Below are positions 20,737 to 31,647 of a DNA stretch of 64,000 bases, piece after piece (position 1 is the stretch's first letter; every line of letters begins with the position of its first letter). The stretch comes from Cenarchaeum sp. (GTDB lineage: Archaea; Thermoproteota; Nitrososphaeria; Nitrososphaerales; Nitrosopumilaceae): NCBI GenBank assembly GCA_965212015.1, contig OZ243037.1:1088001-1152000 (forward strand), written 5' to 3'. A model generated the notes under the pieces. It ran no database searches and had not been told where the DNA came from. It worked only from the letters and a program-made list of their open reading frames with translations. Position numbers and translations under genes: made by a program.

Positions 20737-21906
20737 ATGAATACGTATTATAACTTGGGAATATATGCGGAATATTTGAGAAAATTTCAGAATATAGATG
20801 CGATTACGGCCGAACGGAAGAAAATGCTGGCAAATATTTCAAAATTAAGGGAAAACAGAGACATATTGGTATTTGCATCAGATCTTTCAAAAAATCGAGC
20901 TCCGATAGGAATAGAATACACTGATCTTTTGGCCGTTCAAGATCAGCTAGAAAATATGTCAGGCGATGCCATCGACATAATACTAGAGACTCCCGGCGGC
21001 ATGGGCGAAGTCGTGGAAGATATAGTAAAACTGATTCGCCAAAAATATGAAAAAGTTGGAATGATAATACCCGGATACGCAAAAAGTGCAGGAACGATCT
21101 TTGCAATGGCAGGTGATGAAATCATGATGTGTAATGGATCATCACTGGGACCCATTGACGGACAGATTCAGCTTAGAAATGGAAAACGATTTTCCGCAGA
21201 TGCATTCTTGGAAGGAGTAAAGAAGATAAAGAAAGAAGTAGATGAAACAAAAAAACTAAATGCTGCATATATTCCAATGCTACAGAACATATCCCCTGGA
21301 GAAATCGAAAACTGTGAAAACATTCAAGATTTCTCGAAACATCTAGTTGCAGATTGGCTTGGCAGGTACAAATTCAAATACTGGGATAGACACTCTGACG
21401 GGCGGAACGTGACAAAATCCGAAAAAGATGACAGGGCAGAAAAGATTGCAACTGATCTGTGTTCCCAATCAAAATGGCTCACGCATGCTCGATCGATAAA
21501 AATCAATGATCTGGAAAAACTTGGGATCAAGATCACGGATTATAGCAAAGATACGAAATTGAATGAGGCCATAACTCGTTATTACACACTTTTGAGGATA
21601 AGTTTTGAGAGCTCTTCAATATTCAAAATTTTTGAAACAGTGAATTCCCAAATCTATCGCTATATGGCGCCATTGAGACTTGGATCACAAAATCGGGATC
21701 ATTTTCTAGTGGAAAATTCCTGCCCGACATGCAAATATAACTTCAAAATTCAGGTCAATTTGAAAAAAGGTGTGTCTCGACAAAAGGGGGCAATAATGTA
21801 CCCGGTCATCACAGACTGGGTGAATTGCCCTAATTGTAGCAAAAAAATAGACCTAAAACATATACGTAGGACGATAGAATCACAATTTGGGAAAAAGGTG
21901 ATATGA
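20737..21906 (+). CDS. SDH-family ClpP-fold serine protease with C-terminal zinc-ribbon cysteines
   Basis: ILETPGG, AKSAGTIFAM, SLGPIDGQ and WLTHARSI motifs; CPTC...CPNC. Confidence 0.85.
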   Translation: MNTYYNLGIYAEYLRKFQNIDAITAERKKMLANISKLRENRDILVFASDLSKNRAPIGIEYTDLLAVQDQLENMSGDAIDIILETPGGMGEVVEDIVKLIRQKYEKVGMIIPGYAKSAGTIFAMAGDEIMMCNGSSLGPIDGQIQLRNGKRFSADAFLEGVKKIKKEVDETKKLNAAYIPMLQNISPGEIENCENIQDFSKHLVADWLGRYKFKYWDRHSDGRNVTKSEKDDRAEKIATDLCSQSKWLTHARSIKINDLEKLGIKITDYSKDTKLNEAITRYYTLLRISFESSSIFKIFETVNSQIYRYMAPLRLGSQNRDHFLVENSCPTCKYNFKIQVNLKKGVSRQKGAIMYPVITDWVNCPNCSKKIDLKHIRRTIESQFGKKVI

Positions 21907-21909
21907 TAC

Positions 21910-22083
21910 ATGGCGAGTGGAAAATTTAAGATAGTATTCGAACAGATGGAGGAGGCAGAAAACCAGCTAGAGATGGCTACGATGAAGGAGACCATGATAC
22001 AGAGTGAGGAGATTCGAAAATTAATTGAGGTGATGGAGGAGACCATGCCTGTAGATGAGCCCATTATTTATTCGGGTTCATAA
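21910..22083 (+). CDS. Small acidic protein (57 aa) coupled to the SDH protease
   Basis: MASGKFKIVFEQMEEAENQLEMATMKE...EPIIYSGS starts 3 bp after the protease stop; below the ORF-track cutoff. Confidence 0.55.
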   Translation: MASGKFKIVFEQMEEAENQLEMATMKETMIQSEEIRKLIEVMEETMPVDEPIIYSGS

Positions 22084-22147
22084 GAAATTAATTTTTGACA
22101 AGCATGTCATGTTATAAACAAGAATTGTTTGTTTAATTACGCTCAAG

Positions 22148-23194
22148 TGCTCTGTGTCACAAGCTGCTTAATTTTTCCCAGTGTAAATTAATCGAGGCTG
22201 TTTGTTCACACAATCAGACCCAAAAAGCTTTAGAGCATGACTACACGATAATACCGTGGATAAAAATTCAGATTATGAGCGCAGGTTAAAGGACCGCGGA
22301 GTCATCCACATCGACAAAAATGTTTTGAAATCATTCGAGAGGGATCGGCACAGGATGAACAAGGGAAAGACAGGATGCAGATTCCTATATTCTGACGAAA
22401 TGATTACCGTTCTGGCATACATTCATCTCTACTTTAGACTGCCATACAGACAGACACAGGGCCTTGCAGAATCGTTGTTTGGCAAGCACACTACAGTGCC
22501 ATCATATTCTACCATCTGCAAACGGATCAACAATCTGGATTTGGATATTACCGCAGGCAGAAAGACACACGGTACAATTGTAATCGCAATAGACAGTACG
22601 GGAATAAAGGTAACAAATAGGGGCGACTGGATGCGAGAAAAACATGGCGTGACAAGAAAGGGATTCATAAAAATACACGCCGCCATTAACGTAGATTCCG
22701 AGAAGACAACGGGATTTGTAACTACGGATGAAAGCTCTCATGATTCAAATCATTTTACAGAACTGGTAGAGCAGTCACAGCAATGCAGAAATGTGTGCTG
22801 GCAGACGGCGCGTATGATTCCAGAGTGATATTTGATGACATGTATTACAATAATATTAAACTGGCAGTACCCGTCAGAAAAAATTCCAGGTCTGATGCGC
22901 CGTCATATCCGAGTCTGATGGCAGTCAGGATTCAAAAACATGACTATTCGGAATGGAAGAAATCTTCTGGATATGGAAAACGATGGCTTGTTGAATCGTT
23001 ATTCTCTGCAATAAAGAGAATGTTCGGAGAATCAGTCATGGCACATAAAAAAGAGAACATGATGCACGAGATGGTGCCAAAGATGGCCATATACAACAGG
23101 ATGGTGCTGGCTGCATGACGTCATGCCGGATCGGACTACTCTGGCACGGGTTGGAGGATCACGTTATGAGGTAGGGGACTTGTGACACAGAGCA
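22148..23194 (+). mobile_element. IS5-family (IS903-like) element with frameshifted transposase (22256-23118)
   Basis: TIRs TGCTCTGTGTCACAAG and CTTGTGACACAGAGCA; IAIDSTG, LADGAYD and RWLVESLFSAIK split over two frames. Confidence 0.85.
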
Positions 23195-23224
23195 ACTGAT
23201 TCTATAGAATGGTTAGATATACAT

Positions 23225-24019
23225 ATGAAACCGCCATATACAGGTACAAATATGAATCAAATGTTAAACATAGATGTATTTGGGCTACCCCCAAAGGAGG
23301 ATCCCACATCCTATCCGGGCAAACGCCCAAAGACATCGTACATATTCTGCACGGATTACATAATACCTATAAGCCTCAATCCCAGCAGATTTGAAAATTC
23401 GAGCATAAATGGGGACAATCTTGAAGATTATTTCAAATGCGGTACGCCGCTGCATGATCGATATATGATCGTAGGATATGGCTCCAATGCAAGTCCTCCA
23501 CAGTTGAAATGCAAATACCGTGATCGAAAAAGCATATTTCCAGTATTCAAAGGAACGCTAGCAAATATGGATGTCGTATATTCTAACAAACAGACATCAT
23601 ATGGATCAATTCCTGCCACAATCACAGATTCGCCAGGAACCACAGTTGAAGCATGGGCTACAATTCTCGATAAAAAACAATTATCCATCATGGATAAGAC
23701 CGAAGGTCGTGGAAAAAGTTATTTTTTAGCAAAAATTCCCGGAGAACTATGCCTCGAAAATGGAGAATATTTTTCGCCCGTATTATCATACATATCCATG
23801 GCAGGAGTGCTGCGGTCTGATGGTAATCCCATACGTCTAAAAACAATACAAGCTGATGGAAAAAAATTCAAGGAATATACACAAAAAGAAATATTTACTG
23901 AATGTACAACTGGTATGATCAAAATTTTGAATAGAGGGTCAAACTTTGGAATCAAATTTGAGGTAATTCCATGCAATGCAGACATTCCTACAATATCGGA
24001 AATGAAAAGACATTCATAG
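23225..24019 (+). CDS. Hypothetical protein, possible gamma-glutamylcyclotransferase-like fold
   Basis: IVGYGSNASP and ...MDKTEG...Y resemble the GGCT YGS and D..EG motifs. Confidence 0.5.
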   Translation: MKPPYTGTNMNQMLNIDVFGLPPKEDPTSYPGKRPKTSYIFCTDYIIPISLNPSRFENSSINGDNLEDYFKCGTPLHDRYMIVGYGSNASPPQLKCKYRDRKSIFPVFKGTLANMDVVYSNKQTSYGSIPATITDSPGTTVEAWATILDKKQLSIMDKTEGRGKSYFLAKIPGELCLENGEYFSPVLSYISMAGVLRSDGNPIRLKTIQADGKKFKEYTQKEIFTECTTGMIKILNRGSNFGIKFEVIPCNADIPTISEMKRHS

Positions 24020-24478
24020 ATATGTGACTGAGAATTATCTGTGTCACTAACCTCACAATTTTTCCTTATGTATAGCCAAACGTATAAGTCTTTTGAAGAT
24101 CAATAACTTTTGACCAATCTCTTTTTTGATCACTAGTCATTCATACGTGCCATGGATACAAAAAATGAAGAACTCCTTCTGGCCTACAAACGCAACAGAC
24201 GCACACCAATAGGATATCGACTGCACGCAGTATGCATGATAGAAATAAACAGACGCAGTGTGGCAGATACCGCGCGTGAATTCATCGTATCGTACCAGTT
24301 AGTGCAAAACTGGCTAGACATATACAAGAAAGATGGAGCAAAAGGCCTGAAGGACAGGCCAAGATCTGGCCGTCCCTCACTCGTATCCAAAGAAACAATC
24401 GAATTCATCACAAACAAGACAAAAAAGATAACACCAAAAATACAGCCTTGCCCCAATGCCAAATGATCATTGCATCAT

Positions 24479-24892
24479 TTATGACTCTGCATCCCTTATC
24501 TTCCCGGGCAAGTCCCCTATTCCCTGCATCATTTTACTCCCAAAGTCATCCAGTTTTATCCCGGCCATATCACTCGCTTCTTTCATGCATCTCTTGTATG
24601 GCTTTCCAGAGCCGCCCTTGAAATAAATAACTGTCTTGTATTTTTTCAGGGATTCGGCCACGTGTGGAATCAGCTCATCGCACCTCTGCTCGTCCATCAG
24701 CCTGTTGTACGGCGCAATCACCTTCTCTGCCGGAATGAGGCCGTGCTCGGCACTCAAAATAAACATGTCGTGGTTCTGCCGCCTGTTGTATACGGCCTTT
24801 ATCCGCGCGGACTTGTACAGTTTATAGGCAGGCATCGGGTCGGATTCCTTTTTGTTCCCGCACGCAGTCACTATGGCTATCATTTCGGGCAT
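24479..24892 (-). CDS. DUF6884-like (YaaA-related) protein, copy 1
   Basis: IVTACGNKK..PMPAYKLYKS, FILSAEHGLI and IAPYNRLM. Confidence 0.7.
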   Translation of the reverse strand: MPEMIAIVTACGNKKESDPMPAYKLYKSARIKAVYNRRQNHDMFILSAEHGLIPAEKVIAPYNRLMDEQRCDELIPHVAESLKKYKTVIYFKGGSGKPYKRCMKEASDMAGIKLDDFGSKMMQGIGDLPGKIRDAES

Positions 24893-25779
24893 CTCGTGGA
24901 GATTTTTACCGTATCATTCTGCGTTATTGCAATCCGGGAGTTCTTGTTTGCGGTACAGTATTGTGCCAGCTCGCACCTAGAGCGTACCGTACACTCGTCG
25001 TTTACAATATTGGAGCATCCAAGCCTTCCCAAATTCCACAGTGCCTCGTCTAGCTGGAGCGGATAATGTTCGGTATTGGAGCACGCATCCTTCCAGGCCT
25101 TTTTTGCATTATCTGCCAGCTCGGCAAAGTTTCCCTCAAAATCTCCTGCAACACACCCCGTCGTTACAGTCGCCCTTGCGGTGTGGATGTCTATGGGAAT
25201 GGGGACAAGCTCTAGATTTTTGAAGGGAATGCCCGCCTCCTTGTGCATTATGCGTATCCACAGCGATAAAATCTTGGATGTGCCGGTACGGCCTGCCAGA
25301 TACGGGAATCTTTTCCCGTGTTTGTTCCTCATGGCATCAAATATCCGATATGCGTCATGGTCGTACTCTTCGAATAGTCTGCGGGGATCGCCATCAAACA
25401 GCTCTAAAAATGACAGGCAGATGGTTCGCCATATCTTTGCATCCTTTTCTTTCTTTCTGCTCAGCTTGTGCTTTGAGAGGGCTTCTACCAGCTCCGACAT
25501 GGTTTTTTCAGACACCATACTGGGGTAAAACACCCATCTGACTTGCTCGTCATTCATTGTCTTTCTTGCCGATTCCCACAGATCCTTTGCGCTGCGCATA
25601 TAGTCTATTGCCACGGTAAGGGTGTAAAACATTATACACTCATAGCTGTCCGGTGCGATGCCGTCCGGCAAATTGCTCTCCGGTAGATCGGCGTCCTCAA
25701 ATATGCCGGTCTTTTTGGAGTGCCAATCCAGGAGGATTTCGATGACTTTTTTGGTTCTTGCGGGGTCTGTCTTTAGCAA
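24880..25779 (-). CDS. HhH-GPD-like DNA glycosylase with C-terminal Fe-S cysteine cluster, copy 1
   Basis: FPYLAG..GTSKI (HhH-like), IPIDIHTAR (catalytic Asp), LDEALWNLG and four C-terminal cysteines. Confidence 0.7.
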   Translation of the reverse strand: MLKTDPARTKKVIEILLDWHSKKTGIFEDADLPESNLPDGIAPDSYECIMFYTLTVAIDYMRSAKDLWESARKTMNDEQVRWVFYPSMVSEKTMSELVEALSKHKLSRKKEKDAKIWRTICLSFLELFDGDPRRLFEEYDHDAYRIFDAMRNKHGKRFPYLAGRTGTSKILSLWIRIMHKEAGIPFKNLELVPIPIDIHTARATVTTGCVAGDFEGNFAELADNAKKAWKDACSNTEHYPLQLDEALWNLGRLGCSNIVNDECTVRSRCELAQYCTANKNSRIAITQNDTVKISTRCPK

Positions 25780-26119
25780 TGACTAATGATATCGCCGTAT
25801 CTTATAAAGTGGATCGCAGAATGGTCTTTGGTGCTAGATTATACGGGACAAGACAGTCCAAATAGAGATTCTGGGCAATGAAAGGTAAAATATGGAAAAA
25901 CCTCTGAGGTGCTGGCAAAACATGACTGATAGTGTCCGAATATTACCGTACATTTGATGAGATGAAGTATTCACTGTGCGAGTATTTCAGGACAAAGTAT
26001 TCGTTAGACGTGATAAAGTATTTCATGAGGGTTATGCCAGTTTCAAATTACTTGTGCGTTTGACTATAAAGCATAGTGTATGATGCGAAATTATTTGTGA
26101 TCGACGAAGTACTTGCAGG

Positions 26120-26701
26120 TTATGCAGGCAGATATTTGTCGGATTTTAGCATGTCTATTGCGTATTCCGTATCAGCTGCCGTAAATCCGGCATCCGGCTT
26201 TAGTTTGTCAAGCTTGTCATGGATGTATTCCACGGTATATTTGCCAGATATTGCATGTTGCCGTATCGCCCAGAAATGAACCGATGCCAGCAGTTCAAGA
26301 TCCCTCGGGGATCTTTCGTCAATAAAGCTGACAATTTCATCCATCTTGTCATTGATTTCATCCGTAAACTCGATATCGGCAAAATCGGGATTGCGCTCGT
26401 GGTTAAAAATCATTTTTGTTGTGAAAATTCCGGGTTTTTTTGTAGGTATCGACTTGGTGTTTACCCGTTCAGTGTATATAAAATCAAAGGCCATATGTTG
26501 AATCTCCTCGCTGAACGGGCCGTAATCCCGCCATTTAAAGTCAAAAAGGTTGAGACTCTCATTGAAAAAATACAGGCTTTTGTGCAGGGCTTTTTTCCCG
26601 TTTATGCCGGAGGATTCGCCCTGCTCGCGATCCGTGGCTTTTTGGATCAGCAATAGCACAATGTCGCTTTTAGTGGATTTCACAACTACCCACCCGCACA
26701 C
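26120..26701 (-). CDS. YwgA/Panacea-like (SocA-related) winged-helix protein
   Basis: GKKALHKSLYF...FKWRDYGPFSEEI...LELLASVHF pattern. Confidence 0.6.
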   Translation of the reverse strand: MCGWVVVKSTKSDIVLLLIQKATDREQGESSGINGKKALHKSLYFFNESLNLFDFKWRDYGPFSEEIQHMAFDFIYTERVNTKSIPTKKPGIFTTKMIFNHERNPDFADIEFTDEINDKMDEIVSFIDERSPRDLELLASVHFWAIRQHAISGKYTVEYIHDKLDKLKPDAGFTAADTEYAIDMLKSDKYLPA

Positions 26702-26927
26702 TCGTATTGATTGACATCGATCAAGTATTATTCATCTATGAATTAAATCTTTCTTGATCCTCCTAGCTACGTTCAGGTAAAGGATATTCATAGTTATTTG
26801 CAAGAAAATCCTGAATTTTTGCATATTTATCAGGAGGCAAACCACCAGTATCCTCTCGATTTTGCAATAGATTGCCAAGTATGGTTGATAGAATCTCATC
26901 TTGTATCATATCTGCATCTGTTTGTTT

Positions 26928-27158
26928 CTATTGCATGTTTTTAATTATTTGGCTATAACACGATATCTTGTTGCATGTAAACAAGAATTTTCCGTTGGAT
27001 CGTTTTATGCTTCCAGCGTTTTCTATAGATATTTTATCATTGCATGTATAACACATCATTTTGCCATCGTTAAAATCTTGTAGCTGGCCGTATTTTCTCA
27101 ACAGATCTTCTAGATCAGCTACATGTACCGCCTTGATTTCCTTGCTTTGAGTCGACAT
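26928..27158 (-). CDS. Small hypothetical cysteine-containing protein
   Basis: 76-aa ATG ORF with CYTC and C...SC. Confidence 0.5.
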   Translation of the reverse strand: MSTQSKEIKAVHVADLEDLLRKYGQLQDFNDGKMMCYTCNDKISIENAGSIKRSNGKFLFTCNKISCYSQIIKNMQ

Positions 27159-27296
27159 CGTGATACTATGATAATACCCGACGTAAATAACTCATTCGGA
27201 TGATGGTTCTATGAAAGTATGAGGTCACCTCCTATTATCACACAAATCAAGTATAATTGATCGCCTGATCCATGCTATAAGGACTCAGCCCGATAT

Positions 27297-27600
27297 ATGA
27301 TTGGACAGAGACCTACCAGAAGAGAGCTTGAGGAGGCTCTAGATTCCATGACCTATGCCGTGAGTTTCATGTCAAAAAACATGAAAATTATGAAATTCAA
27401 TTATGATGCGATATTGAAGGAAAATGAGGAATTTAGACGCAAACTGGCATATTACGAGAACTCAAACTCCCCGCCGTCTGCAAACTCTTTGGAATGGAAA
27501 AAGCGCAAACGGGGAAGGTAAAACGGCGACACGACACAGCGTGGAAAACCGGGTATCGGCGCGGCAGGTTTTACGTACAGATTCAATATCGTGGCATCCG
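27297..27600 (+). pseudogene. IS66-like transposase N-terminal fragment
   Basis: Coiled coil followed by LAYYENSNSPPS and a KPG..G-like remnant. Confidence 0.55.
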
Positions 27601-27610
27601 GAATCTGGGC

Positions 27611-28582
27611 TTAAAAAGGAAATAATTTGCCGTAAAGCTCGGTTATTGCGTATGGGGCAGGTCTTCTCAGCTTGTATGTGGCCTTTTTGCGCACCGTCTC
27701 ATCCCTGCCTACTGCATAGCTCTCATTGCAATATTCGAACATTTTGAGATCCAATTCACTGTCCCCCACGCCTATAACCTTGTCTGTGTTCGAGCCTATA
27801 CGCAACACGTTGCTAGTCAGGAACTCTATGGCTGCTCCTTTGTTGACCCCTCTGGCAGTTACGTGGATGGTGTTTTTTGTACGATAATAGTTTACCTTGG
27901 CACCTGATTTCTTAATTGCGCTATTCAAGCTCCTTACACCAATCGATTTTTTTAATAGCACCACCTCGGACAGCCTGTTCGATTGGTTGGGATCCTCATG
28001 GAACGGAATATGCGTCTTTTTCATATAACTAACCAGTGTGTCAGGTTCCGTTCTTTTTCCTAGCAGACGATAGTTCATTCCAGCATGCATGTCACCGAGC
28101 AATATTCCGCCTGCTTCTGCGATGCCATAGAATCCAAGATCATATTTTTCATTCAATGCATATACTTCTTGCATGGCACGGCCGGTGCAGAAATATATTC
28201 TACAGTCATGCTTTTTGAATTTTTCGAATTGATCCTTGACGTCTCTGTTTATGGTTTTTATTCCGGTATGTGTCAGTGTGCTGTCTATGTCAAAAAATAT
28301 ATGAAATCTTCTGTCATCCATTTTTTTAGGTTTTGACTTTCTTTTGTGGGGCTCAGTCTGATCAGGATAGAATTTGGTGGTTGTAACGTATTTCATTTGC
28401 TTGAAACGATCTTGATATTTTTGCAGGGTTTTTCTGTTGTTTTTGAGCACCGCGTTTTTTGTCTCCAGTGTGAGCTCATACTCGCCTTTTGTTTTTTCTA
28501 TTGTTGAGAATAATCTTTGACGTTTTAGACTGTCAGTTGTCTTTTTTTGAGCACCTTTTTTAAAAGTGATAAAAATCTTCAA
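27611..28582 (-). CDS. HAD-IIB hydrolase (phosphoglycolate phosphatase-like) with N-terminal extension
   Basis: FFDIDSTLT, FCTGR, GVNKGAA and VGDSELDLKMF. Confidence 0.85.
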   Translation of the reverse strand: MKIFITFKKGAQKKTTDSLKRQRLFSTIEKTKGEYELTLETKNAVLKNNRKTLQKYQDRFKQMKYVTTTKFYPDQTEPHKRKSKPKKMDDRRFHIFFDIDSTLTHTGIKTINRDVKDQFEKFKKHDCRIYFCTGRAMQEVYALNEKYDLGFYGIAEAGGILLGDMHAGMNYRLLGKRTEPDTLVSYMKKTHIPFHEDPNQSNRLSEVVLLKKSIGVRSLNSAIKKSGAKVNYYRTKNTIHVTARGVNKGAAIEFLTSNVLRIGSNTDKVIGVGDSELDLKMFEYCNESYAVGRDETVRKKATYKLRRPAPYAITELYGKLFPF

Positions 28583-28592
28583 TTTTCATAGC

Positions 28593-28925
28593 TCACTGTA
28601 CAAGCTTTATTTTTACCGCGTCTACCTTTGCCTTGCCCAAATTGCTACGCAGTCCTTGCAATGCTCGTCTGAATTTCGCCTGGTTTTCCGGGTTTATTAT
28701 GGCGGTTGCGGCAACACAGAAATCCTCGGTATCCCCAAAAGCCTCAACCGTCTGGGCGTTCTTTATGTTGTTGAACTTTTCCAATAGCTCGTCACGCAAT
28801 TTGGCACAAGCGTTTTTGTGACCTGTCTCGGAACATCGGAGTAGTATGTGAGCCTTGGTCAGTTTTTGAGTAGACAAGTATTGGCATACCCGCACTAACC
28901 ATATAAAAATCATGCTCTGGTGCAT
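28593..28925 (-). CDS. Hypothetical protein upstream of the HAD hydrolase (start uncertain)
   Basis: 110-aa ORF ending 10 bp before the HAD gene on the same strand. Confidence 0.45.
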   Translation of the reverse strand: MHQSMIFIWLVRVCQYLSTQKLTKAHILLRCSETGHKNACAKLRDELLEKFNNIKNAQTVEAFGDTEDFCVAATAIINPENQAKFRRALQGLRSNLGKAKVDAVKIKLVQ

Positions 28926-28927
28926 TG

Positions 28928-29300
28928 GTAACAGGTTAGGTTGAGCACGAGGCCGATTTTCCCTGATCTACCCGATCTAAATAATTTTGCGATCAGACCG
29001 CCTTGTTGCCCGATCCCTCAGAATTCAAGATTTTACGCGACGAGATGGCCCGGCTTATTGCAGAGGTGAAGAAAAGAGACACCCATCTGAAGGGTGCATT
29101 TCATATAATCGAGGGACAGAAGGTGCAAATCTCTGATCTGAATCTGAAGGTCATCGAACAGGCAAAACTCCTTGCATACTATCAGAATCCTCACTCGCCG
29201 CCCTCACAAAACTCCATTCCATCCAGTAAGAGAAAATCAGACGGATCCAGCACAGCACAAAAAGCCGGGACGCAGAAAGGAACGCAAGGGCACGGTGTTC
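28928..29300 (+). mobile_element. IS66-like left end and truncated transposase
   Basis: End GTAACAGGTTAGG; ORF from 29003 with LAYYQNPHSPPSQ. Confidence 0.6.
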
Positions 29301-29303
29301 CGA

Positions 29304-29615
29304 TTACGTCATGTCCTGATCTGCCACTATATGATCAATCAGTGCAGAAGCATACGAGGAGCTTGGGAAAAAACCATAGCGTCCATTGATGCTTTTGTAT
29401 CGTTCACTCCGGTCGTCGTTTTTCATCAAATCCCACATGCGTTGAAACCGCCTCATCGAAATCACCCTATCGATACCGCTACAACTAGGCGTGGCAGTTA
29501 TCTTGTCTGATGCACTAGCTTTGGCATCAAACACACACGAACGGCTCAAAGTTTTGAATTTTTGCGTATGTCTCAGCTCTACAATCGCCTGTCTCCAGAA
29601 TTCCTGAAAATCCAT
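29304..29615 (-). CDS. Hypothetical protein, paralogue of 19617-19928
   Basis: 103 aa, collinear similarity over the full length. Confidence 0.65.
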   Translation of the reverse strand: MDFQEFWRQAIVELRHTQKFKTLSRSCVFDAKASASDKITATPSCSGIDRVISMRRFQRMWDLMKNDDRSERYKSINGRYGFFPSSSYASALIDHIVADQDMT

Positions 29616-29899
29616 GATATAGTTACCGGCATCCCGGTATTCAAATCTTTGTGACGCTCTGATGGTTAGGTCCCGTTCTTGCGAATCCAGACATGCCTCC
29701 TAAAGGCCTGTTTCGGCCCGGCAGATCCCAATCCGGGACTCGTGATCCGACACAGGGCAAGGAATAGTCGTACAGTCGCGGTACAATCTCTGATCCCCCA
29801 CAAGCAATATGGGCACGTCTAGCATGAGGCCGGCAACGGCCCGATAGGAGCTGGTGTGATTTTGGGCTAGTACGATAAATTATAAATCAAGACGGCACC

Positions 29900-30529
29900 A
29901 TGATTTTAGTGTCAAAAAGCTGGAAGATTCCGGTAACCTGGAAATGCAGGTACGACTGTACGGGGGTGGCGAATTTTATTTACGTGCATGCGTCCAGAAA
30001 CAGGGGGAGAATGGTGGTGCTAGATGTGGGCTGCTCGACGGGGGCGGCCCTGGCATCGTGCCGGTCCGGCCTGCAGGCGTACGGGTTGGAGATGCAGACG
30101 ATCGGAATAGACCAGCTAAAATTCCCCGCAGTGCCGGGGTTTGTTCCGGATATGCTGGCAATGAGGGCCAGATTGAACCTGGACGAGTTTGTCCGCAGGG
30201 ACGTGCTAGATGTAGAGGGGTATTTTGACCGGTGCGATGTGGTAATCTGCGCCAATGTGGTCCGCTATGTCGATAAACGGTACAGGCTGGCGATAATCAG
30301 GCAGTGCGTTAAATTTCTAAAGCCCGGCGGGACCCTGATTACCGACGGAATAGACAGGACGCTTGATCTGCCCGGCCTGAATGGTACAGTCAGGAGGGGG
30401 GTATGCGCCAGAAATATGGTATCAAGGTTTTTTTACAGGTATTTTGCGCATTTTGTTGATCCAAAAGAGATGGTATCCGTGGTGAGGGCCGGTGCGGAAA
30501 AATATGTCAGGCACTTTGAGAATTCCTAG
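29900..30529 (+). CDS. Class I SAM-dependent methyltransferase
   Basis: VLDVGCSTG, CDVVIC and FLKPGGTLI. Confidence 0.8.
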   Translation: MILVSKSWKIPVTWKCRYDCTGVANFIYVHASRNRGRMVVLDVGCSTGAALASCRSGLQAYGLEMQTIGIDQLKFPAVPGFVPDMLAMRARLNLDEFVRRDVLDVEGYFDRCDVVICANVVRYVDKRYRLAIIRQCVKFLKPGGTLITDGIDRTLDLPGLNGTVRRGVCARNMVSRFFYRYFAHFVDPKEMVSVVRAGAEKYVRHFENS

Positions 30530-30715
30530 GCGTATGTATCCGGGTGTTTTGATTGTTCCAAATTTGCGCGGGATACGGGGATGGCTCGAATATGGAATAT
30601 GGTGGTTTTTGAGGTGTGATTTTGGGTATTTGTGGTTGGTTTGGCCGAAGGATCGTTCCGAATTCAACCATGATTGACATTTAACAATACTCGATCTCAA
30701 ATTTGGGATTAATTT

Positions 30716-30976
30716 TCAAGATTTAAAAATATAGACATAATCAGCTGTTCCTCGGCCACCGAATCCTCCATTCATGCCTTTATCTAAAAAATATGTTTCA
30801 ATATCTCGTGCATCCTGTTGACTGTCTGGATTCCATTTATGCCAATTTGAGGGATTTCCATGTTCTTGCTTTCGTTTAACAAGGTAATCTGTAACACCGA
30901 TCGTCCATGCACGATAATTTCGTTGAACTAGAAATTCTATGGCATTTATTATTGTAAATTTATTTGTCAACATCAT
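30716..30976 (-). CDS. Hypothetical protein (possible minimal GIY-YIG-like fold)
   Basis: WTIGVTD...RKQEHG...ARDIETYF; 86 aa. Confidence 0.45.
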   Translation of the reverse strand: MMLTNKFTIINAIEFLVQRNYRAWTIGVTDYLVKRKQEHGNPSNWHKWNPDSQQDARDIETYFLDKGMNGGFGGRGTADYVYIFKS

Positions 30977-31228
30977 TTATGATTTTATTGCCCAATAAAA
31001 AATTTTGTATTTGTGTGGCGGTAACCGGTTAGGTCGCCCCTAGCAATTCCCGCAGCTTTTCTGCCCTGTTCAGGCCCTGCCGGCACTAGCTCAGAAAGCA
31101 CGTCAACAGTATGGCAAACATATCCATGCCTCCTGCCGTCGCGATCCTCATCTGCATCTTCCGGTGGATCACCGCCCTGCGTATCATCCATTCTGACTCG
31201 TTGTTTGTCGGCTCCATCCCGGGATGAT

Positions 31229-31315
31229 CTAAAGCTTTTTGGGTCTGATTGTGTGAACAAACAGCCTCGATTAATTTACACTGGGAAAAATTAGGCAGCT
31301 TGTGATACAGAGCAA
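31229..31315 (-). repeat. Solo left end of the IS903-like element (another end at about 31550-31580; right-end remnant at 62237-62475)
   Basis: Reverse-complement match to 22148-22234. Confidence 0.7.
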
Positions 31316-31647
31316 ACTTTTCACGTATTTTTACATAACAAAATACAGTTCACACTTATGGTTATACGTTTTGCTATACAATGATCTCTCTCGAATGATT
31401 TTAAGATGCGTTTGTCGATGCAGATTGTTCTGCAGTCCTTTAATCTGCGGTCATCGTCGGAATTTTTACTCACGATATGATCACATCGTTATGTTCTAAA
31501 GTTTTTTGGATTAGATTATGTGGGTAAGTAGTCTAGATTAATCTATGTTGGAGAAAATTAGGAGCTTGTGATACAGAGCAATTTTTTTTTTTCGATTTAT
31601 GTATCAATTCTTATGAATAAATCTGAACAATACTGTAAATGATTGAG

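Larger units (their letters stand above)
24071..26068 (+). mobile_element. IS630-family shell (left end plus HTH fragment 24152-24433, and right end) enclosing a two-gene cassette
   Basis: Left end TATAGCCAAACGTATAAG; right end CTTGTGCGTTTGACTATA; the ORF has the IS630 HTH ...W...Y...G..GLKDRPRSGRP. Confidence 0.65.
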
